Shown: in pieces, positions 1-8,301 of the stretch
Numbering within the stretch: the first letter of the stretch is position 1
Layout: each line of letters begins with the position of its first letter
From: an uncultured archaeon
GTDB taxonomy: Archaea > Asgardarchaeota > Lokiarchaeia > Sigyniarchaeales > SOKP01
DNA length: 13,372 bases
Reading direction: 5' to 3'
Assembly (NCBI GenBank): GCA_964388035.1
Contig: CAYLZE010000131.1
Location: 1-13,372, forward strand
Position numbers and translations under genes: made by a program
Notes under the pieces: generated by a model
Told to the model about the DNA's origin: nothing
The model's input: the letters and a program-made list of their open reading frames with translations, nothing else
The model's database searches: none

Positions 1-1
1 T

Positions 2-1582
2 TTATATTGTTCCTGGAAATAGATTTAAATATCTTCCAATATAGTAAGGAAGGAGAAATGCTAAACCCGAATCTTGTCTTGTAGCGGAGCTTTTCCCAGA
101 AGGTTCCCAAGGGGTTCTTTGCCATAAAAAGTCCTCCTCGTGGTATTCATCTGTGGTTTTAGGATGGCTATATACCTTCTTTGAATACATGTCAAAAATC
201 CATCCATAAAGGAAATTTAGGATAAGATTTGCTCGATATTTTTCCGTAGGATCCGAATATGTATAAGGAACGGGATTTCTATCTCCGCCTCGTTCTGGCA
301 CGCGTGTAGTCCCATTAGGAGCCCTTGGTACATCGAACCGCATTAATTGGTCTAGAACATCTAACCTTATTTCTTTTCTATCATCATCCAATTTTCCCAT
401 GCTATCCACATGCATCATTAATAAATAAGCTAAGTTAAACCAGGCATTGCGAGAAGTTCTGATGATAGGATAATAGATTTTATTCACGATATTTTCATAT
501 CTAATTCGCAAGCTCGGATCTTCTTCCAAACTGACCAAATTTGTTAAAACATTGAAGTTTATGTTCAGAGAATAATAATTAAATAAATTAAATATCCTAT
601 AATCGGTTTCCATGTAGTTAATATAATTTCTTTCTAAAGCATAATGATAATATAGTTTAGTATATCTGTCGGGAACAGCTACCATTCCCATTTTTAATAT
701 GGACAATGTCCATGAACCCACCATCTCAACGCTAATCTTAAAATCTTGTCCGGTTGTTCTACTATTTCCCGAGGGCGTCTGGTCTAAAATCATCCAATTG
801 CTTTTTCTATAACTCTCAACAATTTGAATGGCCAGATCGTGCACGCGAGTACGGATCCATGCTGTTTCTTGCCCAGTTTCATTCATGAAGATTCTTGCAC
901 ATTGTCCTAATCCTAAAATGATACCGCTCCATTGGTCTGTTGAGGGATATCCTTTCCACCAATAATCTGAATAAGGACCTACTCCATCAAAAATGTCATT
1001 CGGATCCCGCTGACCTTCGCCAAAACCATCTAGAGGAGGATTTCCCCTTTTTTCCCAAGCTTTAGGACACACGGCTCTTGCCAATAGGGCGGGATAGCTC
1101 TCACCAATGCCTCCACTTGGCACTGCGATGAGCAAGCTCACGCCCCTTAAGGTTTTTTCTACAAGGTTGAGCGCATAGCGAATTTCATCCGGATCTCCAG
1201 ATTCTTTAGCTACGGCATAATGGTAGGATTGAGCCGCTAAATTCATCCCGCTCCAAATGGCCGCGTCTCCCGTGGTTCCGTAATGGTCAATCTGTTTATA
1301 TTTAATATCTTTCCAGTCTACGGTTAACGTATAATCAAGAGGGCTGTTATCCGTATCGAAATAATAATTAAAAGTTTTAGCCATCTTTTGCAGGCGAGCA
1401 AAATTTGGCGCTATAAATCGGGAAGTGTCGATATCATAAGTCATGGTAGCTTCAAAGGGAATGTGCCAAACAAAATAAAACCCTCCCATAAAATACGAAA
1501 TAAGAATCCCACTAATAATCAAGAAAAGTGAAAATGCATTCCGATCCTTTTTTCCATATTTCCCATGAGGTCTATATTTCAT
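2..1582 (-). CDS. Uncharacterised membrane-anchored (probably surface-exposed) protein, 526 aa; possible alpha/alpha-toroid carbohydrate-active enzyme-like fold
   Basis: Complete ORF, ATG 1582 to TAA 4-2. Basic N-terminus then one hydrophobic helix (AFSLFLIISGILISYFMGGFYFVW) and a large Tyr/Trp-rich soluble domain. Motifs GDAAIWSGMNLAAQSYHY, WWKGYPSTDQWSG and FLLPYYIGRY recall an uncharacterised family (D..LW.G.YLA / WKG..S.D...G / YLLPYWMGRY). The CDS is solid; the function is inference. Confidence 0.6.
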   Translation of the reverse strand: MKYRPHGKYGKKDRNAFSLFLIISGILISYFMGGFYFVWHIPFEATMTYDIDTSRFIAPNFARLQKMAKTFNYYFDTDNSPLDYTLTVDWKDIKYKQIDHYGTTGDAAIWSGMNLAAQSYHYAVAKESGDPDEIRYALNLVEKTLRGVSLLIAVPSGGIGESYPALLARAVCPKAWEKRGNPPLDGFGEGQRDPNDIFDGVGPYSDYWWKGYPSTDQWSGIILGLGQCARIFMNETGQETAWIRTRVHDLAIQIVESYRKSNWMILDQTPSGNSRTTGQDFKISVEMVGSWTLSILKMGMVAVPDRYTKLYYHYALERNYINYMETDYRIFNLFNYYSLNINFNVLTNLVSLEEDPSLRIRYENIVNKIYYPIIRTSRNAWFNLAYLLMMHVDSMGKLDDDRKEIRLDVLDQLMRFDVPRAPNGTTRVPERGGDRNPVPYTYSDPTEKYRANLILNFLYGWIFDMYSKKVYSHPKTTDEYHEEDFLWQRTPWEPSGKSSATRQDSGLAFLLPYYIGRYLNLFPGTI

Positions 1583-1614
1583 GATTTATGACAATTCTTA
1601 TTTCTTCTTTTTTA

Positions 1615-1629
1615 TTTATATAACTTTAG
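1615..1629 (-). promoter_or_regulatory. Candidate BRE/TATA promoter of the 526-aa gene
   Basis: Minus strand CTAAAG-TTATATAAA, TATA element 33-41 nt upstream of ATG 1582. Confidence 0.4.
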
Positions 1630-1754
1630 ATTTCATGAATTCTAATTTTAAAATTTTTCAAGAGTATCATGAAATTGTAATAAACTGAAAGAATACAAAG
1701 AAATTTCGTGAAAAAATAAAGAATCAAGTAAGTACAATTCTTATTTCAATGAAT

Positions 1755-2624
1755 CTATGAGTGTAGATTTAAGATCCTACTGGTTTCTTCTGGAGTTGCC
1801 ACTTCCCTTCCTGCCATTTCGATTAATTTTGCGGCCCATTTAACTTGTTCCCAACTGCCTTTTGATAATGAACCATCTGGATTTCGAATATTATCTTCTA
1901 ATCCCACCCTCAAATGGCCTCCTAACGCTGCAGCACACATGTTGCATTTTATTTGATTGATCCCAGCCACTCCTCCCACGGTCCAAGTGGCATTAGCAGG
2001 TGTAATATTCCGAAGATGAGAGAGATTTTCCAACGAGAAAGGTATACCACCCAAAACACCAAATACATATTGTACGTGAAGGGGTTCGGGGAGCATTTCC
2101 TTTCTTTGGAGGAAAAGAATGTTATACATGCCCGATTCGCTAAATAATTCTAATTCGGGTTTGATTTCAAGTTTATTTATAACATTTGCTATTTTTTTTA
2201 TCACTCTAAAGGTATGCTCATAAGTGAATTCTCCTCGAACGATACCTGTTTTCCAATTTCCGAATGCAAAATTCATGGTCTCCACGTTTAAAGAGCACAT
2301 TTCGGGCTTAATTAATTTGATGGGTGCCGTTCGTTCTTTCCAATCATTACCAGGCCCCGTTGTAATATTGATGATAAGCTCAGGGGATTTTTCGTTTATA
2401 CCATTGACGATCTCTTCATAACGTTTTGGATCTGTAGTAGCTTGTCCATCATCCCCCCTTGCATGAATGTGAACTACAGACGCTCCCTTCTCGAAACATT
2501 TTCTAGCTTCTTCCGAATACTCTTCCACCGTATAAGGTGTGGCAGGATTTTGATCTTTAGTTGTTCTACCTCCAACTAAAGCGGCTGTTATGATCACTTT
2601 TTTTTTTAATGATTTTTGAGTCAT
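1755..2624 (-). CDS. Beta-keto acid cleavage enzyme (BKACE; 3-keto-5-aminohexanoate cleavage enzyme family, DUF849)
   Basis: Family motifs VIITAALVGG, metal-binding HIHAR, NITTG, PEMCSLN..TMNF, KPELE, GGHLRVGLEDN and GREVATPEE..IL; 289 aa fits the family. Symbol kce withheld because the amine-binding Glu is replaced. Confidence 0.93.
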   Translation of the reverse strand: MTQKSLKKKVIITAALVGGRTTKDQNPATPYTVEEYSEEARKCFEKGASVVHIHARGDDGQATTDPKRYEEIVNGINEKSPELIINITTGPGNDWKERTAPIKLIKPEMCSLNVETMNFAFGNWKTGIVRGEFTYEHTFRVIKKIANVINKLEIKPELELFSESGMYNILFLQRKEMLPEPLHVQYVFGVLGGIPFSLENLSHLRNITPANATWTVGGVAGINQIKCNMCAAALGGHLRVGLEDNIRNPDGSLSKGSWEQVKWAAKLIEMAGREVATPEETSRILNLHS

Positions 2625-2808
2625 TTTTATCGTAACATCAATTTGTTCAATACTATTCTATAGATAAGAAATTATTAATAGCAATTTTATAAAGCTAATA
2701 GCTATTTCAATAAAATTTTAATTCTTATAATTTCATAAAAAAGATCGAGACATCTAATTTTGAACTGCGTATCTCCTTCAAGTAAATTCTTTATTTATTG
2801 TTTTCAAT

Positions 2809-2830
2809 AAAAAAAGAGAAAGAAAAAGAA
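2809..2830 (-). terminator. Oligo-U/pyrimidine tract, archaeal-type terminator candidate after the 7-TM gene
   Basis: Minus strand is an uninterrupted T/C tract ending in T7, starting a few nt after the stop; no hairpin. Confidence 0.45.
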
Positions 2831-2836
2831 TAGTTA

Positions 2837-3508
2837 TTATAGTTGTCTATAACCATAGGCAAAGATTGTAGCTCCAATAGCATATACGATTGGTGAGTAA
2901 TAGGGTTGAACAATCCCTGCTGTTATCAAGAAGTCAGAATCCAAAAAGGACGCAGCGACTAAAATGATTAATCCAATCATTGTGAAAATTGCATTTTTTC
3001 TTAATTCACCGGGAGTTTTTATTGCTAAATAAAGGAATAAAAGAACCAAAATCGCAACCTCGGTATATAGCAGACCATAATTTATATATCGAGCCGTTGA
3101 CATATAAAGCGGGAAAAATATGATAATAACGTTAATCCCAAGCACGATTAAAATGCTAATGCTCATCATGTACCGGGTTCTTTTAATGATATATTTCTCA
3201 AAAACATAGATGATATTAATAAATGCAATGATTTGGAATATATAGGAGATGGCTACATATCTAAAATAGAGAAGGGACTCTCCATTCGCATTGCGCTCAT
3301 AATCTGACAAAATGAAAAAAAATCGAACAGCCAAGTATAATAGAAAGAAGAGTCCAATCGAGCGAAGCATGGCTTTTTGAGAAATCACTTCTTCTGAGCT
3401 TTTTGATGCTTTATAGAGAAAAAAGATCCCTATAATTGCTAAATAGCCCATGACAATAACCCAGACGGTTGTTTTTAAATTAACATTGTAAGGCAATACC
3501 AATAACAT
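2837..3508 (-). CDS. Hypothetical integral membrane protein, about 7 TM helices
   Basis: About seven hydrophobic stretches with short charged loops. ATG 3508 is preferred over TTG 3511 because AGGTGG (3520-3515) lies 6 nt upstream of it. TAA stop. Confidence 0.8.
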   Translation of the reverse strand: MLLVLPYNVNLKTTVWVIVMGYLAIIGIFFLYKASKSSEEVISQKAMLRSIGLFFLLYLAVRFFFILSDYERNANGESLLYFRYVAISYIFQIIAFINIIYVFEKYIIKRTRYMMSISILIVLGINVIIIFFPLYMSTARYINYGLLYTEVAILVLLFLYLAIKTPGELRKNAIFTMIGLIILVAASFLDSDFLITAGIVQPYYSPIVYAIGATIFAYGYRQL

Positions 3509-3514
3509 CAATAT

Positions 3515-3520
3515 CCACCT
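3515..3520 (-). promoter_or_regulatory. Ribosome-binding site AGGTGG of the 7-TM gene
   Basis: Partial match to the GGAGGTG consensus, 6 nt before ATG 3508, in an otherwise AT-rich context. Confidence 0.55.
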
Positions 3521-3816
3521 AGTTTTAAAACTGTTTTAATATTTATTCTATATTTAACAAATGAGTATTATACCATATAAAATAATTGCTATAATTAGAG
3601 TCATTAATTCAAATTGACAAGTATAAAGAATTCTTGACAAATTGTTTTTTTACATCAAAAGCCTTTTTTAAAGAATTTCTCTTAAACCAAGATCATATAT
3701 TCACCGGTAGATTATCGTGTTCTAATGTTTAAATGTTTAAAATTAAAGATTAGACTTTTTTTTATACTTAGAAGATAATTGATATGGCATGTATTTACAA
3801 ATTTTTCTTAATTCTA

Positions 3817-5250
3817 TCAATCTGGCTTCAATAATCTCTTTCTTTTTGGATCTCTTAAAGTTAAATCATAGAGCCACTTATAGAAACTGGAGTTTTTGAT
3901 ATTGAATATAGGTTTCGTGAGAGTGATTCGCACTTCTTTTATTCTAGGTAAGAACAATATAACCCCAATGAGTCGAACTATCCCCGAAATCAAAAATACG
4001 AAAAGATAATTATTAATGAAAGGAAGGGAAACAAAACTAACGATAAGACTCCCCGTTAAACCACCTAACACGATACCTATTCCCAGCAGGAAGTTATATA
4101 AAGCCAAACATTCTCCTCTATTCTTACGAGGAATATTATCATAAATAAAATTGGATGCCGCCAAGTTAAATGCCGTCCATCCAATTCCGCCCACAACCTG
4201 AGGACCTAGGATCAGAGCGAGTGGACTAGAGAAAAATAACCACATTATCGGTAAAAAAGGAATTAAAATTGCCCCTAAACGAAGTAAATGAACATTTCCG
4301 TATTTATCTCCGAATTTCCCTAAGAATGGAAATACACCTAATGCAATAACAGAGGAAGAGAGATTAACTATAACAAATACGATATATGAAAAATGCAATT
4401 CATCTAACATGTATATCGAAAAAAAAGGGGATGCAATCCATAGCCCAAAGGTCACAAATGCAACGAAAATAGTGAATTTCCCGAAGTTGTCTTTCGGTAG
4501 TTTGTAAACAAATTGTTTAAAACCAATATGATCTTCAGTACGTATCTCAAAAGGTGGATAATAATGCTTAGTAAATAAAAAAAAAGAGAATAATCTCGTA
4601 ATTAGTCCTACAAGAAAAATTAATATGAATCCAATGATAACTTGCTGCTGGTTTTTGTACCAATCCAATGCAATGGATAATAAGAATGTGCTAAAAAGAG
4701 CAATACCCGTCGTTATTAAATTTCTTCTGGCAAAATATCGTCCACGAGAATCCTCTGGAATCACATCGCCCATTACCGAAAACCAAGGGGGTGTCATGAC
4801 TCCTCCGCTTATCATATATACAAGATAAAGGAGAATAAGGATCCAAGAAAGAACATTCACGAGTAGATCATGCATGAATAAAATGGCGATGAGTAAGAAT
4901 AAAGGCCACATTGAAGCTTGTCCTATAATTCCTTGAAGAAGGACTTTTCTCCGAGAATTATTTTTAATTTGACGTGATCCAAGTATTTGCCCGATAGGAG
5001 AGAACAATCCCCCAAAAGAGTACAAGATGCCCACTTGAAAGGGGGATGCTCCTATAGCGAGAGCAAAAGGGATGATGTAATTATCACTTAAAGTGCCGCT
5101 GGATACCCCAAATACTCCTTCTAAAATGGATACTTTCCTTGTTCTATGTTTCAAGCTCTCCTCATCAAGGGGAGTCTCCTGATTTTGCTTCTTTATTTCT
5201 CCCTCATCCTTTTCAGGATCACTTTTACAAGGTAGTGAAGAATCATCCAT
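3817..5250 (-). CDS. Major facilitator superfamily (MFS) transporter
   Basis: About 12 hydrophobic helices in two halves; motif-A-like LGKFGDKYGN; loop motifs MGDVIPEDSRGRYF and IYDNIPRKNRG. ATG 5250 (MDDSS...) is preferred to the TTG at 5310, whose extra 20 codons lie in AT-rich promoter-like sequence. Confidence 0.88.
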   Translation of the reverse strand: MDDSSLPCKSDPEKDEGEIKKQNQETPLDEESLKHRTRKVSILEGVFGVSSGTLSDNYIIPFALAIGASPFQVGILYSFGGLFSPIGQILGSRQIKNNSRRKVLLQGIIGQASMWPLFLLIAILFMHDLLVNVLSWILILLYLVYMISGGVMTPPWFSVMGDVIPEDSRGRYFARRNLITTGIALFSTFLLSIALDWYKNQQQVIIGFILIFLVGLITRLFSFFLFTKHYYPPFEIRTEDHIGFKQFVYKLPKDNFGKFTIFVAFVTFGLWIASPFFSIYMLDELHFSYIVFVIVNLSSSVIALGVFPFLGKFGDKYGNVHLLRLGAILIPFLPIMWLFFSSPLALILGPQVVGGIGWTAFNLAASNFIYDNIPRKNRGECLALYNFLLGIGIVLGGLTGSLIVSFVSLPFINNYLFVFLISGIVRLIGVILFLPRIKEVRITLTKPIFNIKNSSFYKWLYDLTLRDPKRKRLLKPD

Positions 5251-5607
5251 GATATTTAAGCAAAATATGATACTTAATTTTCTATGAACATGATTAAACG
5301 AAATAATCAAGGATTTAAATGAATTCGGTCTTAAATACTATTTTATTATCGTCCTTTTAATAATCATGCGTTCTTTTTTAAACTTTAAAGAACGTTATTT
5401 TTTGTTAGAAGATTGATGAATATAATTTTAGTGCCTATACTAAAATTATGAGGAGAAGAAAAAAGTAAAGCAAAAACGTTAGGATATCGCTCTATTGGCC
5501 ATATAGTTCCAGGAGTTATATCAATTTACCTAACCTATTAACTTTTAATTGAATCCACTTAAGTTTGGTTTTATGCTTTTTGAACGAGTTGGTCTTCATT
5601 ATCTTAG

Positions 5608-5625
5608 AGAAGATATATATATAAA
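5608..5625 (+). promoter_or_regulatory. Candidate BRE/TATA promoter of the ABC operon
   Basis: AGAAGATA-TATATATAAA, ending 55 nt before ATG 5681; same 8-nt purine-rich element as in front of the sulfatase TATA box. Confidence 0.45.
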
Positions 5626-5680
5626 TCTTAGTTATAATTAATTTTAATTTAGAATATTGTTGAAAGAGATATAAAATAAA

Positions 5681-6499
5681 ATGGATAATTTTGCAATTAA
5701 AACCATAAGTCTTATGAAAGATTTTGGAAACACCATAGCTGTGGATGGTTTAAGCTTAGAGATCCCTTATGGCCAGACTTATAGCTTGTTAGGACCAAAC
5801 GGTGCGGGGAAAACAACCACAGTTCGAATGTTAAATGCAATCATTAAACCAACAGGAGGAACTGCAAAGGTGGGGGGTTTTGATATTTTAACTCAAAGTG
5901 GCGAGCTAAAAATGATTTGCGGATTTTTACCAGAATCGCCGGGATTGTATCAAAAACTCACTGCTAAAGAGTTTTTGCAGTTTATCGGGGAGCTTTATTA
6001 TATCCCTAAACAAAAGATTGCAACTCGCATTGATGAACTTTTAGAAATTTTTGATTTAGAAGGAAGAGAAAATGATCTTTTAGAAGACTACTCGCGGGGC
6101 ATGAAACAGAAGGTCTGTTTATTTGCGGCATTAATTCAAGATCCTAAAATTATATTTCTTGATGAGCCCACTTCGAATTTAGATCCCGCTGCACAAAGGA
6201 TGGTAAAAGATCTCATCTCTGAACTGACTAAAAAGGCAGATAAAACACTATTCATGTGTACCCACCTCCTAGATGCGGCAGAAGAGCTCTGCGATATGAT
6301 TGGCATCATAGATAAAGGGAAGTTAAAAGAACAAGGAAGTCCCAAGGAGATTATTTCCTCCCAAGGTGCTAAAAATTTGGAAAATGCTTATTTGAAAATA
6401 ATGGGAGTAACTCATATCGACGACTTACTTGCCTGGCGAGAGGAAAACGCTAAAAATGTTAATATTCCTGATAAAAAAACAAAAAAGAAGCGGAAATAA
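5681..6499 (+). CDS. ABC transporter ATP-binding protein (ABC-2/DrrA/NatA exporter type)
   Basis: Walker A GPNGAGKTT, Q-loop region FLPE, signature YSRGMKQK, Walker B IIFLDEP, D-loop SNLD, H-loop CTH. Confidence 0.96.
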   Translation: MDNFAIKTISLMKDFGNTIAVDGLSLEIPYGQTYSLLGPNGAGKTTTVRMLNAIIKPTGGTAKVGGFDILTQSGELKMICGFLPESPGLYQKLTAKEFLQFIGELYYIPKQKIATRIDELLEIFDLEGRENDLLEDYSRGMKQKVCLFAALIQDPKIIFLDEPTSNLDPAAQRMVKDLISELTKKADKTLFMCTHLLDAAEELCDMIGIIDKGKLKEQGSPKEIISSQGAKNLENAYLKIMGVTHIDDLLAWREENAKNVNIPDKKTKKKRK

Positions 6500-6522
6500 T
6501 ATAATAAGTGGTGTTCAATACA

Positions 6523-8133
6523 ATGGGATCATGGAACGTAATTGCTAAAAACGAAATTAAAACGAAAACAAGCAAATTTCGCCAACATCGTGTTCTGTAT
6601 TTTGTAATACTTTATGGCGTGATATTAACATGGGCATTCATTGTGGCACCGATGCTCTTTGATTCTTTTATGCCAACTCTAGATCAAAGTGAAACGTTAA
6701 ATTCAATTATATTTCCTGCGGTTGCATTGATTATTCAATTTTTATTAATGATCGTTTTTATAATGCTATTGATATATCCAGCCAATTTTATTTATAGAGG
6801 GATAGAACTTGGAAATAAGGAGATAATTTTAGCCACGCCGGTAACTGCTGGAGATATATTTTTTGGAGAATTCATGGGGAAAGTACCATTCATTTTATTG
6901 TATGCTCTTGGTCTTACTCCCGCCATTGTGGGTCTCATTAATCCATTAATACATCTAAACTTTTTACAAACCTTGGTGATATATGTTGACATTATTTGCA
7001 TGGTCTTATTTGCACTTTTATTAGGTAATATATTAGCCTCCTGGTTTGAACATAAAATTGTCGATTCGGAAAAATGTAGAGACTATGCCAAGGTGCTAAT
7101 CGTGATATTTGGTATTGGAATACTTGTTCTTGTCTATAGCATATTATTATTATTTCAATATTTGCTTAGTCATCCAGAATTCAAGAATTGGCTTGTATTC
7201 TTTCCAGCTATTTGGTTTTCAAATATTATCATTTATATTCTAGAACCGTCGCTTTTGGATTCTTCTATACTAAATATTTGGATGAGCATTGGTTTAGCTG
7301 TTATTATACCCTTACTGGTAATTTACCTTTCATATAAAAAAGCAGATGCATTTTTTAGTCTAGAAGCGGGCACTGAGAAGCACTCTATGAGTATTGAGGA
7401 AGAAAGCAAGGTTTATGCATTTTTCAGGATGTTTATTGGGAAAAATTGGCAAGGATTAGTCATCGTGTAATTTAAAGAATTTTTTCGGAAAAAAGAAAAT
7501 ATCCTCAAGCTCGTCTATGCATCAGGATTCTCTCTTTTTCTCGGTATTTTATATCCCTTTATTGCAACGAATGTCAGTGGATTAGTCGCAACAGCAACAT
7601 TTTTATTAATAAGAACCTTCATGGGAGGTTTCTTCATTAGTCTTATTTTTGGCAGCAATATTTTCGTAGGTTCTAAGGATTTGCTTTGGGTGTATAAGAG
7701 ATCTCCACGAAATGTGAATGGACTGGTCTATTCTTATTTATTCATGTTACTGATATTATTAGTTCTAATAGATATAGGACTCATGGTCGTTTATAGTATC
7801 GTTTTAAGATTAAATTTCATTGACACATTACTATCCTTCGTCGCATTTTTATTTTATGGAATATTTGCGATCATGTTTGCCATTGGAGTCCAGTGCTTTC
7901 GCCCTACGTTTGGAGAAAAGGGCAAAAATGTGACTAATAACATGGTCCTTATTTTGCTCATCCAACTAGGGCAGTTCATAGGTTTTCTAGCTTTAATTTC
8001 CATATTTTTGCCAGAATTCCCGAGTTCAGTATGGCTACCGTATGAATTTTTAGCTATCTATCTAAGTATTCAAGCGATAATTTATTTCCCTATTTTAATC
8101 CTTGGGTTAAAAGCACTGAAAAAAATAGAATAG
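6523..8133 (+). pseudogene. ABC-2-type exporter permease (about 536 codons) interrupted by one in-frame TAA at 7468-7470 (nonsense allele, split gene or sequence error)
   Basis: ORFs 6508..7470 and 7621..8133 share a frame. The 50 codons between them are open and membrane-protein-like (FKEFFRKKENILKLVYASGFSLFLGILYPFIATNVSGLVATATFLLIRTF). ABC-2 permease-like motif EIILATPVTAGDIFFGEF, echoed by LWVYKRSPRNVNGLVYS in the second half. Lies directly behind the ATPase. ATG 6523 has GTGGTG upstream. Confidence 0.85.
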
Positions 8134-8301
8134 ACCCTAATTTAAAAATACTTTTTTCAAAACATTTTTATATTGCTCGAGCATGGTTATTTTAAGAAGA
8201 AAATTCCATGATATGATTATAACACGATTTTTCCAATAATTAAAAATGTTTTTTTTAACTAATATATTCAGCAGTTTAAAACAAAGTTAATAATAAAAAA
8301 C

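Noticed and set aside
1953-2421. Short + strand ORFs 1953..2147 and 2224..2421
   Set aside because: Antisense shadows inside the well-supported BKACE gene; no recognisable motifs.
2837-3508. 7-TM protein as a microbial rhodopsin
   Set aside because: No Schiff-base lysine motif in helix 7 and no RYxxW helix-3 motif.
3614-3640. TTGACA as bacterial sigma70 -35 elements
   Set aside because: They face the + strand, where no gene start follows, and have no clear -10 at 17-bp spacing; other signals look archaeal.
4625-4828. 67-aa + strand ORF
   Set aside because: Antisense to the MFS gene; no independent support.
6467-6496. NLS-like basic tail PDKKTKKKRK on the ABC ATPase
   Set aside because: Lys-rich termini are expected in AT-rich genomes and recur in other proteins here; no evidence of a targeting role.
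6136-7001. Minus-strand ORFs 6136..6345 and 6792..7001
   Set aside because: Antisense shadows of the ABC ATPase and permease.
7468-7470. Genome-wide TAA reassignment or Sec/Pyl insertion as the cause of the permease stop
   Set aside because: TAA is the normal stop of the 526-aa, 7-TM, ATPase, GH88, GPH and sulfatase-like genes; Sec and Pyl use TGA and TAG.
7621-8133. 170-aa ORF as an independent gene
   Set aside because: Same frame as the upstream permease, with open, hydrophobic coding sequence in between and no RBS; better read as the C-terminal part of one gene.
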